Assembly: GCA_002104945.1 (NCBI GenBank)
Contig: MCFH01000002.1
Location: forward strand, 1,488,001 to 1,552,000
Source of the DNA: Piromyces finnis finn
Lineage: Eukaryota > Fungi > Neocallimastigomycota
Length of the DNA: 64,000 nucleotides
Reading direction: 5' to 3'
This document shows, piece after piece, positions 1-14,436 of this stretch. Positions within the stretch are counted from its first letter, which is position 1; each line of letters starts with the position of its first letter. The notes under the pieces are model-generated. The model had not been told where the DNA came from. It saw only the letters and a list, made by a program, of their open reading frames with translations, and searched no databases. The position numbers were made by a program, and so were the translations under genes.

Positions 1-648
1 CATGATTGTAATATTAAAATTACATTAGAGCGAAGTAAACCAAGCATACAAAACTAAAAAAAGAATAATAAAATAAAATGATGATGCTAATAATAATACT
101 AATATAATTAAAGTAAATTTGCATTAAAATAATATAAACATATTTAATTTTTTTTTTTTTTTTTTTTTTTATTGTTGTTAAGCATCTTTAGTAACAAGTG
201 ATTATTCATTTACTTCATTTATAATTTTTTTTATTACTATGATGATTATTATAAGATTTTTAAAAATTTAATTAAAAATTATTTTTAAAAATAATAACAG
301 TAAAAAATTTATTATTGATATATATTTTTTATTTTCTTTATTAAAAAATATTATTTCTATGGTATTTTAATACACTTATTTTTTATTAACATTATATCAT
401 TACTAATCTATTTATTTTTATAATATATTTTTATTTTATTTTATAAACATTTTTTTTTTTTTTTTTTTGTAATAAGGCAAAAGCAATAGTAAGAGCTATT
501 AATTTAAAATAAAAAAAAGTTTTTTTTTTTTTTTTTTTTTTAGGATTTAAACTATAATAATTACAATTAGATTTAGATTTATATATAATAATTCTTTATT
601 ATTTTAAACTAAAGGTATTATATATCTAATAAAGTTTTCTTTTTTCTT

Positions 649-2839
649 TTAAAAGTATTTTTCTTCATAGTTTGGTTCATTTAATTTATATAAATCACCA
701 ACATCCATTTCATGTAAACCTTCACTACCATTGACAATTGGGTATACAATTTCACTTTGGTCAACATCAACAATTAATACAATAGATTTAGTTGGATGAT
801 CCCAGTTAAGGAATTTCTTTAAATCTTTGGTGAGTGTAGCTTTATTAGAAGTATGAATAGTTTCAGCATCCATAGCTTCACAAAGTTCCTTAAAGTTAGG
901 GTTGGTCATAAGAGTTTGATTATAGCGTTCATTATAATATTTTTCTTGCATTTGTCTTACCATACCTTGAGAAGCATTATTCATGATGATGACCTTGATT
1001 GGAATTCCATATTGTTTGGCAGTAATCATTTCTTGACCTGTCATAGAGAAGGAAGAATCTCCATCAATATCAATAACCATCTTTTCTGGATTACCTAATT
1101 TGACACCAAGAGCAGCAGGAACACCAAATCCCATAGTACCAAGGGCACCACTACTAACAATGGATTTTGGATATTTCCAACGGTAGAATTGAGCTGTCCA
1201 CATTTGATGTTGACCAACACCAGTAGTGATAATAATGTCCTTTTTTATTCTTTCAGTTAATCTATTTAATTCTTCAATAACATGTTGTGGCTTGATAGTT
1301 TTATCATCTGGACTAGAACGATTATAGGTAAATGCGTACTTTTTCTTCCATTCTTGAATTTGATTATTCCATTGCTTGTGTGGATGACTTTGAATTAAAG
1401 GTAATAATTTTTTAATATTTTCAGTAACATCACCTTCTACAGCTTCGGTAACTTGAACCTTTTTATTAATATTTTTTGGTTGAATTTCAAATTGAATAAT
1501 ACCACCATATCCTCTTTTTTCAGCTTTTCTAGCACCTAAACAGTAGAGGTCGGTATTAGCTGTTGCTCTTTCATCCATACGAGAACCTAATACAATAACA
1601 ACATCAGCAGCTTGAATAGCTAAATTACCGTATACACTACCATGCATACCAATCATATGAAGTGCCATTGGATCATTTTCATTAAAACAACCAAGACCTT
1701 GGAAGGATGTAGCTACTGGAATATTAGCCTTTCTAGATAATAATTTTAAATATTTTGGACCTTCTGGGTGATTTAAAATACCAGCACCAGCAATAATAAC
1801 TGGACGTTCAGCATTATTAATCATGGTAGCAGCATTTTCAATACATTTTTTTAATTCAGCTTCTGGATTAGAACTGAAGAGGTATGGTTCAACTGGTGGG
1901 AAATTTAAGCCATAATAATCTGTAATTTCTTTTTTTAAAATACCACTACTAATATCTTTTGGAATATCTAAAAGAACTGGACCTGGACGGCCAGTGGTTG
2001 CAATCTTGAAAGCTTCTTCAATACGACGAGGTAATTCTCTAATATCTTTAACAATACTATTCCATTTAGTACATGAACGACTAATACCTACAATATCGGC
2101 TTCTTGGAAAGAATCAGTACCAATAGAAAAAGTAGGTACTTGGGCTGAGAAAGCGATAATTGGAATACCATCATTTAAAGCATCAGCCAATGGTGTAATA
2201 ATATTAGTAGCTCCTGGTCCAGAGGTGACAATGACAACACCAACTTTTCCAGTGGACTTAGCGTAACCTTCAGCCATATGACCAGCTCCTTGTTCATGAC
2301 GTGGAACAATATATCTCATGTTTTTATATTTTGTAAGACTATCAGTAATAGGAAGGGCTGCACCACCTGGATAACCAAATACAGTATCAACACCAAGACG
2401 TTGTAACATTTCAATAATAATTTCACCACCAGTTTTTCCAGCTAAACCTTTGTAAAATTCAATATCAGATTCATTTTTAATTTGAATATATTGTGGAGAT
2501 GATTTTGCATTATAGTTTGCTTTTATAGTTTTAATATTTTTAGTTTTTTTTAATTCGGAACTTAATTTTTCATTTGAAAAAGAATTACTGGAAATACTAT
2601 TGATAAATTTTATATAAATGAATATAAAATAATTAATAATTATATATTATAATATGTATATAAAATGGAAAACATTATTAGCTTTATTGTATAAATCTCT
2701 ATATTATATAAGTATCTAGTTACCTTGAAATACTAAATTGTTTTGATATATTATGAGTAATTGCATTAACAGTTAATGGAAATGCATTATTAATTATTTT
2801 TTTACTTGAAGTGGTTGAAATGATTTTTGAGAAATTCAT
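649..2839 (-). CDS. ILV2: Acetolactate synthase (AHAS) catalytic subunit with N-terminal presequence-like extension; 2 exons (2839-2724, 2596-649)
   Basis: Motifs GYPGGA, RHEQGAGH (catalytic Glu), TSGPGATN, HMIGMHG and the ThDP motif GDSSF...NN. The frame extends upstream of the tracked ORF, and a GT..AG intron at 2723-2597 joins it in frame to an ATG at 2839 (MNFSKIISTTSSKK...). Confidence 0.96.
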
Positions 2840-3499
2840 TTTATTTTATTGAATTTTCTATATAATATAATCTTTTACTTCTAAAAACATATTTAAAATA
2901 TTAACATTAAGTTATTCGTTTAATTAAAATTTAAATATAATTTATATTTGCTTATACCTATTTATTTCAATTAAAAATACTTATACACTTAAAGATTTTA
3001 ATTCATAAATTAAAACAATATTATTAAATGAATTTTATTTAAATTTAAATGAATATATATATAATAAAGCAAAGTGTATAACTTTTTGAAAGGATAATTT
3101 CTATTATATTTATATTTTCTTTTTCATTCATATCATATTAAATTATTAATAATCCATATAAAATAAATAAATAAAATTACATTAAAAAATTTTTTAAAAT
3201 TAATATATTCAACAATATAATATTAAAAATATTATAATACATATTATAATATATTAGAATATATAGATAATAAAAAAATTATAGTTTAAATATTTAATTC
3301 TATCATTTAATCATTTATATCAAAGTAAATAGTCAACTTTTTTTTTTTTTTTATTATCTCATTATGTAAATGAAATAAAACTTCTTTTTAATATTTTTAT
3401 TTGTTATTATTTTTTTATTTATTTATTTTAATATATATAGAATTTTTATTTAAAAATACTATTTTATAACAATAGTAAACTGTATATTTAGTATCTAGC

Positions 3500-3549
3500 T
3501 TTTTTTCTACATCCATATCCATATGGATTATATGGATGTAGGAAAAAAA
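3500..3549. repeat. Near-perfect inverted repeat with internal palindrome
   Basis: CTACATCCATA (3507-3517) is the exact reverse complement of TATGGATGTAG (3531-3541). It encloses the palindrome TCCATATGGA and is flanked by T and A runs. Confidence 0.85.
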
Positions 3550-3782
3550 CTCAAAATATATTTATGTTTTAGTTTTTTATTTTCGTGTATATATTTTTAA
3601 TTTAATTTTTTATATAAACCACATTAATTACATATATATTATAAATGTAACATAATATATTATATTATAATGTATTAATTTAAATTGGTAATAGATTAAT
3701 AGATTCAATGGTTTTTTTCCTTCCTAATAAAAAACCTATATATAACTAAATTTTTAGGATAAAAAATTATGAAGTATTAATA

Positions 3783-3784
3783 CA

Positions 3785-3848
<64 letters not shown>

Positions 3849-3849
3849 A
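3783..3849. repeat. (TAAA)n microsatellite
   Basis: Directly visible tetranucleotide run. Confidence 0.95.
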
Positions 3850-5052
3850 ACCATCTATATATAATATCAATAAAAATATTAAATATAATGTATATTTACA
3901 TTATGTTCTAATCATTCAACATTTTATCTTCTATTAATCTTGCTTTATTATTTTTTCATTGGCTTTTATGCTATAGGTTATGCTATAAGTTGCTGTTAAG
4001 TAGTTTATTTACGCCATTTATTGATTTTAGTTTTGTGAGGTGGATGAAAGATCAAATCAATATTATTACTTTCTAAAAAAGGAATATCAAAACCTTAATT
4101 CATTTAAATCGAAATTGGATAAATTAGTATTAAAATAAACCATATAAATAATAATTAATTTTAAATTAATATAATAAAAAAAAAAATAAATAGTAACAAT
4201 ATTATGCTATATCAAAATGCTTTTTTAAATAATAAAAAATTGTTATATTATTTAAATTAAATATAATACTTTAACTAATATTTTCTTTTTCAAATAATGT
4301 ATTATATTTATATTTTTATTATAACATTTAAGTCATTTTACAATAATAATCAATAAACTAAATATTATTAAAATGAAAAACAAAGAGTATCATAACTTTC
4401 TGAATTATTATTTTTAGAAGAAATCCTTTTAAATATATAATTCTAAATATTTGAATAAATAGCATTTCTTTATTCTATTTTACTAATGATAGTAATATTA
4501 ATTATATTAAAATTTCATAGCATTTTTAATATTTATATATTTTCTTTTAAAAATTATTACTAATCATTTTTTTGAAGTTAATAAATGTAGAAATTCTAAA
4601 AAAATTGTCCATTTCAACTCCTAGTGTAACTTTTGGATTAAATCAAAGTTTATTGTTATTATTGAATTAATAATATTATAATACTTTATTATATAAATTA
4701 AAATTTAATTAATTTTAAATTTTCTTAGTTTTAAGTATAAATTTAAATAACAGTTTTTTATTATAAATATTTTTTCTTTAAAAACAATTTGCAAAACATT
4801 TTTACGAATAGTATTTTTAATAATATCTATAAAAAAACTATTAGTATTTGAAAAATTTTTAGTTTTTTTTTTATATTTTTAAAAGTTAAATATTTATTAT
4901 AAAATAAAAATTAATATATATTATACAAATATCATCGAAAAAATTTGTTTCACTTGTATATATAATATTTATATACATCCCATTTTATATTTGATTTGAA
5001 TTTATAATTGAAGAAACGAAAAACAAAAAGATAATAATATATATATATAAAA

Positions 5053-7485
5053 ATGGTTTTAGGAAATCCACCACCAGAATTAAAAGTTATTACCCCTTTT
5101 GTTCAAAGAGCTAAGGAATTAACTAATATTTATCCAATAATTTCATATTATTGTTAGTATAATAATTATTAAATATATTTAAATATTGATGTGAAAAAAA
5201 ATAATAATTATTCACACTTATAATATATAAAGGTCTTCTTCAGGCTGCTAATGATGGAATCAAAGAAAATGTTAAAACAAAAGAATGCCATAATTATTTG
5301 AAAGAATTATTTGATGAATTAGAACTTGTATTATATATTTCTAAATATTTAATTATAAAAATTTAGTAGTCTTATATAAATATTATTTTATCTAAATAAT
5401 GTACTAATTTGTTTTTATTTTATTTATTTATTTATTTCCTTTTTATAATACATATTTTTAATAAATCTTTATATAATTATATATTTACTTTATTGTATAA
5501 ATTTAAAATTATTTTATTAAATAAATCAAAAATGTATTATACATTTATTTTTCTTTTTCGATAATACAAAAGCGAAAGCAAAATTTATCAGCTGAAGGAA
5601 GTATTAATTCTGAAGAAAATGTTGCAAAGGCTAAATTACAAATAACAAATTTAGCTTTAAATTCATTTAAAAAAGCAGATGATGAAGATAGAAGTGGCAA
5701 TGCAACAAAGTATAATTAAATATAATATTTTATTATTATTTTTTTTTTAATTATAAAATTTTACATAAACATCCAATTTTTATTTTAAATTTTTAAAAGT
5801 TTATTTATATATTTTTTTAATAATTGAAAGTTTAAATTACTATAAATATTGTTTTAAAAAATAATTTATAATAATTGATATTTTAATTGGATTTATAAAA
5901 TATTCGCAATGTAATTGTAATATTTACTTTTTTATATTATATATTTTAGAAAAACGGCAAGAACTTTTCATGCTTCTTCTACCTTTTTTGAAGTCTTACA
6001 ATGTTTTGGTGATATTGATGAAGATGTAAGTTTTTTCTATATCTATATAATAATATAATAATATATTATATCATTCTCATTCTATTATGATATTTTGTAT
6101 ATTAAATAAATCAAAACTATTCATATTATAAATATAAAAAGATTGAAAATAAAATAAAATACGCTAAATGGAAGGCTGCTGATATCATGAAAGCAATTCG
6201 TGAAGGAAGAACCCCTGTTCCTGGATCACCGGTTTCATCTAAAAAGAAGTTAGAAGATGAATTACCTGATAGTAATGATGGTCTTAATTTAAGTAATCCA
6301 GAAATGAATGGAGGTAATAAACAATAAAATGAATATAAAATATAAAAGGTCTAATTTATTTATACTTATTGAAATATTTATTATTTTATTAATTTTATTA
6401 TAAATATAAATGTAAATGTATATTTTCATTTAATAGGAAACCATAATATTAATCAAATAAATGACAATTTTGGTCGTATGAATATTAATAGTCCTACTAA
6501 TCTTAATAATATAGGAGGTATATCAAATAATGATCCAACTGAATACAATTCACCTCAAAGACCACAATTTAATAATGATATTAATAATAATGAAGACGAT
6601 GAATTTAATAGATTAATGAATGAAATGAATTCATTAACGCCATCAAATAATAATATAAATAATATTAATAATTATCCACCACAAAATAATAATATGAATA
6701 ACAATATGAATAATTATCCACCACAAAATAATAATATGAATAATAATATGAATAATTATCCACCACAAAATAATAATATGAATAATAATATGAATAATTA
6801 TCCACCACAAAATAATAATATGAATAATAATATGAATAATTATCCACCACAAAATAATAATATAAATAATAATATGAATAATTATCCACCACAAAATAAT
6901 AATATGAATAATAATATGAATAACTATCCACAACAAAATAATTATAATCAAAATAATTATAACAACAATAATGGCATTAATATGCCACCTATGCTTCCAC
7001 CAAGAATTCAAAAAGGTAACAACAACCAAAATTTTAATAGCAATAGCCCAATGCTTCCACCAAGACAACAAGGAGAATTTGATGAATCTATGTTTCCAAC
7101 TACTCCTACTAATAAACCAGGTTCTAACTTTTCAAGTAGTAGTAATTTAGGCAGTAATAATAGTATGAATGATAGAAATGGTAATAGTAACCAATATAAT
7201 CATAGTTCTAATAACAATTATAACCATAATATCTCAAATTTACCATCTGTGCCAAATAATAATATCAAAGAGGATCCATTTGCTACTTCAATTGAAGATG
7301 AAAACTATAGTGACGATGAAATTGATTATCCATATGATCCAGCTGTCTTAATGGATGCTCAGAAACATTCTCGTTTTGCTATTAGTGCTTTACAATATGA
7401 TGATGTTCAAACTGCTATTAAGAATTTAAGAATTGCTTTAAATTTATTAGAACCATATCAAAATATTCAAAATGGCTGTAAATGA
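5053..7485 (+). CDS. VTA1: Vta1 (Vps4 activator, ESCRT), multi-exon
   Basis: Exon 1 gives MVLGNPPPELKVITPFVQRAKEL..YPIISYYC (MIT-domain start). Internal exons include KYAKWKAADIMKAIREGR.P.PG. The C-terminal VSL helix reads AQKHSRFAISALQYDDVQTAIKNLRIALNLL. Confidence 0.93.
6667..6936 (+). repeat. Coding 42-nt tandem repeat (NNYPPQNNNMNNNM), about 7 copies
   Basis: YPPQ codons recur with period 42 (6673, 6715, ...): six YPPQ plus one YPQQ. Confidence 0.95.
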
Positions 7486-7653
7486 AACTAAATTAATCAA
7501 TTAAGATTTAATTTTCTAATTTTAAAATCTATTTTTTTAATTATTATTATTTTTATACGAATTATATTATTATTTTGAAAAAGGCATACATAATCATTCA
7601 TATATTTTTTATCATAAAAATTATTAATAGCTTTTTTTTTTTTTTTTTTATTT

Positions 7654-7797
<144 letters not shown>

Positions 7798-8325
7798 ATA
7801 AATTTTTGAGATGCAAATAAACAAAATAATAACAACAATAATAATAATGACAATTACAATAAAATTATGAAAGGTAAAAAACAGTTAAATATTAAAAATA
7901 AATTAAATATTAATTAATAATAATAGAATGTAAGAATAAAAAATAAAAGTAATTCTATTTTATAATTACTAATTATATGGTAATATATATATAAAGTTTA
8001 TGGGTAATATATATGTTGCAGTAAATATAATTTTAACTAAATTTTATATTTGTTATTTTATTTGACAAATATAATAATAAAATTTATTAAATGAATATAA
8101 ATTTACATTACTGTTTATATTATTTATTTTATTTATTATTAATACTTATTTTCTGTAATTAGTTATTTAATAATAATTATTAAGTAAATGCAATTTTATT
8201 CAATTTTATTATATAATATATTATAATATTACTATTTTTTCTTTTTTTCTCTCTTTTTTTTTAATGTTATTATCATTATCATTATTGTTATTATTTATTG
8301 TAAGATATTAGGTTTAAAAATTTTT

Positions 8326-10568
8326 TTATACCCTAATTTCATTCCATATTTTCATCATATTGTTCCAGACCTTAATCATTTGTTCATTATATTCACGATT
8401 AATTTTTGCATAATGAATTAAAATTTGTTTAAAATCTGAATATTTTTCTCTTTGGAAATAAGAGAAATCATATTGTATTTCTTTGCCAGCTTTTATTATT
8501 TCTTTATATTGTGATTCTTTGAGTTGTTGAAGTCTTGCTATACCTTCTTTCACTGACTTTATATCATTTTGACGGTTTGATTTATTACTTTCTACTTTAA
8601 TATTACCTTTTGGGGGGTTGTCTTGAGCTGTATCAAGACTACTTGGTTCATTATACATTACATTATTGGTTAATATATTTGTATTACCATTATCAGTTTT
8701 AAGTGATTTAATTGTCGTATTTTTTATGGTGGAATGCTCATTAAATAGGTCATCGTCAATTTTTGGATTAATCTCATTTTGATCGATTGTTTCAAAGATA
8801 GTTTTACTTTTGATATCGCTATTGAAAATAGAACCATTGATATCATTAAATTCACTGGAACTAGTTGGAATATTTTCAGAGTATGGATAAGAATTGGTAT
8901 TAACAAGATCATTAAATTTTGGGTCTTGAAGCAAACTATCATCTTTTGGCTTTTCATCATCTATATCACTATCACTACTAATTATACTATTCATATCATC
9001 TTTCTTTTCAATTATTTTTTGTTTAGTTTCTTTTTCTTTTTCTTTTTCCTTTTCTTTTTCTCTTTTTTTAATTTCTTTAACTTTTTGAGCTTCACTTTTT
9101 TTTTGTGCTCTTTCTTCTGCTTTCATTAAACTTTCCAATCTTTTTTGTTTTTTATTTAAGCTATTACATATGTAATAATATTGTCTATAATTATTTTTAT
9201 ACCATGCAATGATATTTAATATTATTCGAGAAAAGGCATTATATTCTTGCAATGATTCCATAACTGTAATATCTAATAATGAGGTCATGCGACAAAGTGC
9301 TAAACGATTATTGTCGGATGATTGTCCGACTGCTTCAAGTACTGGCGATAAACCTACCTCATGTAAGGACCATCCATTATAGCTAGCTCCCAAAGAAGAA
9401 TAGCTATGTGAAAGACTTTGATAGAGATTCATGAGATTATGATGAGCTTTTGATAGTATAGAAATACATTTCATAAATTCCCTAACATTCTTTTGAATAC
9501 TTTTGTATTGTAATTCTTTTATAAATAAATTATTTATTTTTAATATGGATAATATTATTTAATTGATAAAGTTTTTTTTTTTTTTTTTAATTATATTTAT
9601 TAAAATGGAAATATGTATATTTTTTATTTTATTTTATTTTATTTTTTTTTTCTTAAAAGAATAAATAATAAAATACCTTCTGATACATCAAATGAAGTTA
9701 AACTAATAGGAATTGAAACTTTGGACAATTTATTTTCATATTCAAGCCAATTTCCTGGTTCCAAGAAAACATGAAATATATGAAGTGATGCAAATACTGG
9801 ATGTTTTCCAAGTCTATTAAGAAAAACTTGTAACATTCTTTTTCTTTTTTCGATAATTTTTGGATTATCTTTAGCTTTTCCTTGTTTCATGGCATATTCT
9901 GTCAATGAATGTTTTTCAGGAATTGGTGGTATAATTAGTGAAGGATAATATTGATGTAATAGATTTCTTAATGAAGCAAATTCAGAATATCTTCTACGAA
10001 CTTCAAGAAGAGTTGAATTTTTTTCTGGTTCAGAAGTACGTATTACATATACAATAAATGAACTTCCAGACATATCTGTAATTTTTAAAGCATCAGTGAT
10101 AGTTATTAATGGTATTTTTTCTTTATTTGATGTGAATGCACAATGAGTTGCGCAACAAAAATTATCACGACTATACTTTCTTGCTAATTGAATATTATCT
10201 TTTAGACTTTTACTGATGACATCTTTATTCAATGCTTTCATTATTCCATTGTCATTTCTTTCAAGAATACTTGAATTATTTGTTTTGAAATCAATTCGAT
10301 TATTGAGTAATTTATCATTATATTTCTTATTATCTATTCATAATATTTTTTTTTTAATTTATACACATATTTTAAATTATATTGATTTATATTTTAAACA
10401 TATATATAATTATATTTACATAAATAAAAATAATAAATTAATTTAAAAATAATTGAATTGAAGATAATTATTTTACTTACCAACAGATTCACTTGATAGT
10501 GAAGTGAAATGATTTGAAAAAGGATTTTCATTAAAAGGATCCTCGTAATAATTAGTATATCCTGTCAT
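8326..10568 (-). CDS. SNX41: PX-BAR sorting nexin, Snx41/Atg20 family, multi-exon
   Basis: PX domain with VRRRYSEFASLR, IIPPIPEKHSLTEYA and IIEKRKRMLQVFLNR, followed by a BAR domain with a long charged loop. The proposed first exon 10568-10481 (MTGYTNYYEDPFNENPF...) ends at a gtaag donor. Confidence 0.85.
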
Positions 10569-10702
10569 GTTTAATATTATTACTACAAGTATTTTTTTTT
10601 TTTTTTTTTATACTTTAATATATAATTTTTCTTTTATATATTATTTTCAATTAAATATCAATTTTATTTTCTTTTTATTTTATCAAATATAGTTCTTTTT
10701 AC

Positions 10703-10736
<34 letters not shown>

Positions 10737-12173
10737 TTTAATTTGTATTATTTATTTTTACTTTTTTTTTTTTTACTTTTCCCCGTATAATATAGTTTAA
10801 ATTCTTAATTCATTCAATTTAATAAAAATGAATATCAACATTTAAACTTATATCAATGTATATTTTATTTTTAATTTAACATAACGTGAATTTAATTTTG
10901 GATAAATTCTTTGAATTATGACCTATTTTATTGTTATAAAAAAAGGCATCCAAAATAATACTTTTCACTTTTTCACAGTTTTCTTATAAGCGTTTTCTTT
11001 AAAATAAATTTTCTTTGGTAAATTATATAATAATATAATTATTTTCCTTATTTATTATAATTTTTTTTTTTTATTAAATGGTTAATAATAATATATTATT
11101 TTTTAATTAAAATAATTAAACAATGTAAATAATCATTAGTTAATATCTATCACGTATTAACATGTGAACTCACATATAAAATATAATAATATAACAATTA
11201 TTAATATTTGAATATCATGTCCCCAATTTACTAATTTATTTTATTAAATTTTAAGAAAATTTTAAAAATTTTAATAAATATTAAATTGATAACTATAATA
11301 GTATTATTATCAATTAAAAATTTGATAAATATATTTATATATCTTTCAATTTAAAAATATACAATCATTTTATGTATTACTAACATATAAGTATGACAAT
11401 TCTGCATAAATATATTTTTATTGCAATTATAAAATATTTTAAAATTCAGCTATTACTTTAATTTATTGATGATTAATGAAAATTAGAAATGAAGCTTTAA
11501 TTTTATTAGTATTATATTCTTATCATTCTTCAATTATGTAACTTATATAGGAATCATGCATTAGTTGTAAATGTAATAAAGTATTTTTTAAACCTTTAAA
11601 CTAGAATAAATACAAGAATAGAATAAATATATAATCTTAAATTTTTATAATTATATAATAAAACCAGCTAATTATTGAAAAAATAGAAATATTATGTAAA
11701 GATAACTAATACGGTTACTAAATAATATATAAAGTTTATATCAAATAACATTATGAAGAACAAATAATATAAAAATATAAATTAATATTGCTAGAAATTT
11801 ATTTCAAATTTCTCATGCTTTATGATATATTTCATAATGTAAAAAAAAAAGTTTTAAATTTAAAAAACAAAACTTATCTATAGAATGAAATGAAATCCAA
11901 GCTTTTAGTAAAATAAAAAAAAACTTTAAATTTCTTTTCAATTAAATAATTAATTTTTTAAAAACTTTATTTTTTGTTAGATATAAAATTCTTCGTATTA
12001 TATTTTTAAAAATTATTATTATCTTTGTAAAATAAATGTAGTTATAATAATACAATAAAATATATATTGTATATTATTATTATTATTTTTTTTTATTATT
12101 ATTTAATTATACTGAGATTTATAAATATTAAATTATTTAAAAACTAAAGAAAGAATATTATTGTATTATTAAT

Positions 12174-13347
12174 ATGAAAATGAATATTAAAACTCTTGTT
12201 ATTGCTCAAACAACTTTAACGTTGTTGATTACTTCATCTTTTTATATTATTTTATTAAAATTAAATGATATTGCTGGTTATAAAGAAACTAACATTTCAG
12301 GTGAAGGTGAACTTAAAGTTGGAACTATTGATGATCATTACATTGTAGTGTTACATGATAATGCTACTTTTATTGATGGTATAACATATTTAAACTTAAA
12401 TATATAAAAATATGAAAGAAAAAAAAACATAAATTATTGATATAGATAATATTAGTTATTAATGCATAATTTAGTAGTTATTAATTAATAAAATATAATT
12501 AAATATTATGATATATGATATTGAAATTTTTATGAAATGATTTTTAAAAGAATTTAGTAGAACTAATTGGATTAAGAATGCAGTTGATAATAATTCCGAA
12601 AACTTTTCAAAAATTAATCATTATTATTCTATCCCTAGTTATGCTGGTTGGAACACACCATCTGATAGTTTAAAGATTCTTGCTGAAAATAAAAAGGAAG
12701 ATGCAGTAGTTTTTAAAGGTTTTTCTGCTAGACTCTCACCAGAAATGTATGAGTACTTTATTAATCATCCATCTGTTAAATATATTGAAAATGATGTAGC
12801 TGTAAAGATTGATGATATTATTGAAAATGATATTATTGATAACGATATTCCAGATAATGAAAAAGTAGACACAGCTGGTTATGTTTATTATCTTAGTCGT
12901 TGTAGATGGAATCTTGATAGATTAGAAAATCATGAAAGGACTACAGATGAAAACTATATTTATAAATTTAGTTATGAATCTGCTAGTAATGTTAATATTT
13001 ATATTTTAGATACTGGTGTTTTTGATGGTCATAGTTCATTTACTGATAGAATTGGAGGTGACTTAAATAAGAAAAGAGTAAGACTTGGAAAAAACTTTAT
13101 TGAAGATGAAGAATTTGCTGATTTACATGGACATGGTACTCATGTTGCTGGAATTGCTGGTTCTACTGATTATGGTGTAGCAAAGAGAGCAAATATCATT
13201 GCTGTAAAAGTTATGAACAAAAGTGGCATTGGAAAATGGTCTAATATTATAGCTGCTTTTGAATGGTAAAGTTATTATATAATATATTTGATCACTAATA
13301 ATAACATGCTTTTATTTTCTTTTAGTTAATATTAATATTATAATATT

Positions 13348-13398
<51 letters not shown>

Positions 13399-13418
13399 TA
13401 ATAATAATAATAATAATA

Positions 13419-13488
<70 letters not shown>

Positions 13489-13511
13489 TAATAATAATAA
13501 TAATAATAATA

Positions 13512-13587
<76 letters not shown>

Positions 13588-14436
13588 TTTATTTATAATA
13601 AATTTAAAAATAAACAGGAGTCTTAGTGATCTTAATTCTTCCGAAACAAATAAGGGTATTATAAAGTAAGTTTTAAATTGGTTTATTGATTAGTAATAGT
13701 AAAATTAAAATAATTAAAAAAATTGGATAAAAAACAATGATCAGTTACTTAATCTATTCTTATAATATTTGTTTAGCTTATCTTTATCAGGAAATCAAAG
13801 TGCAGCAGCAGCAGCAGCCATGAAATCCACAGTTTCACAAGGTATGAACATTGTTGCTGCAGCTGGTAATAATGGAAATGATGCTTGTACCCATACTCCA
13901 GGTTCATCATCTAGTGATGGTATTGTTGTTGTTGGTAATACTGATGCTGATGATTATATTGCTGCTTCTTCTAATCATGGAAAATGTATTACTGTATATG
14001 CCCCAGGTACAAAAATTACTAGTACAGCTATTGTTGATGGTGAAAAAAAAGTTATGAGTGGTACTAGTATGGCAGCTCCACATGTTGCTGGTGTATGTAT
14101 AAAGAATAATAAATAACTTAATAATTATTTAATTTTTATGTAAGATAATATACAATAAAAATTATTTACATATTTATATCAAAATAATATATAAAGGTAA
14201 TGGCTCTTCTTCTTAGTATTAAAGATATGACCCCAGCTGAATTATATAATGAGCTAAGGAGTCTAGCTACTGTTGGACAAATTAATGAAATTGATGATGA
14301 ATCACCAAACCTAATTGCTTTTATCCCAAGAACTGCTTATATTTTTAATAAAGATACATTACCAATACCACCAAGCAGTAACTCATTAATAGAGGAAAAT
14401 ATGAAAGAAAAAGAAGATATTATTGTTATTCAATAA
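12174..14436 (+). CDS. Subtilisin-like serine protease (S8A, proteinase K/Prb1-like) with I9-type prodomain, paralog 1
   Basis: Catalytic triad motifs ILDTGV, HGHGTHVAG and MSGTSMAAPHVAG; oxyanion AAAGN; prodomain YIVVL...FKGFSARL. Spliced, with 5 exons inferred. Confidence 0.93.
13350..13587. repeat. Long intronic (AAT)n microsatellite in subtilase 1
   Basis: About 240 nt of AAT repeats between the EW donor and the next small exon; absent from the equivalent intron of paralog 2. Confidence 0.95.

Noticed and set aside
853-2266. Short + strand ORFs inside ILV2 (and similar ones inside SNX41, CPA2 and the LINE)
   Set aside because: They are shadow ORFs of real genes with no independent evidence.
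3958-4050. GC-richer patch with a ttatgctata repeat
   Set aside because: No ORF, snoRNA boxes or convincing fold could be assigned.
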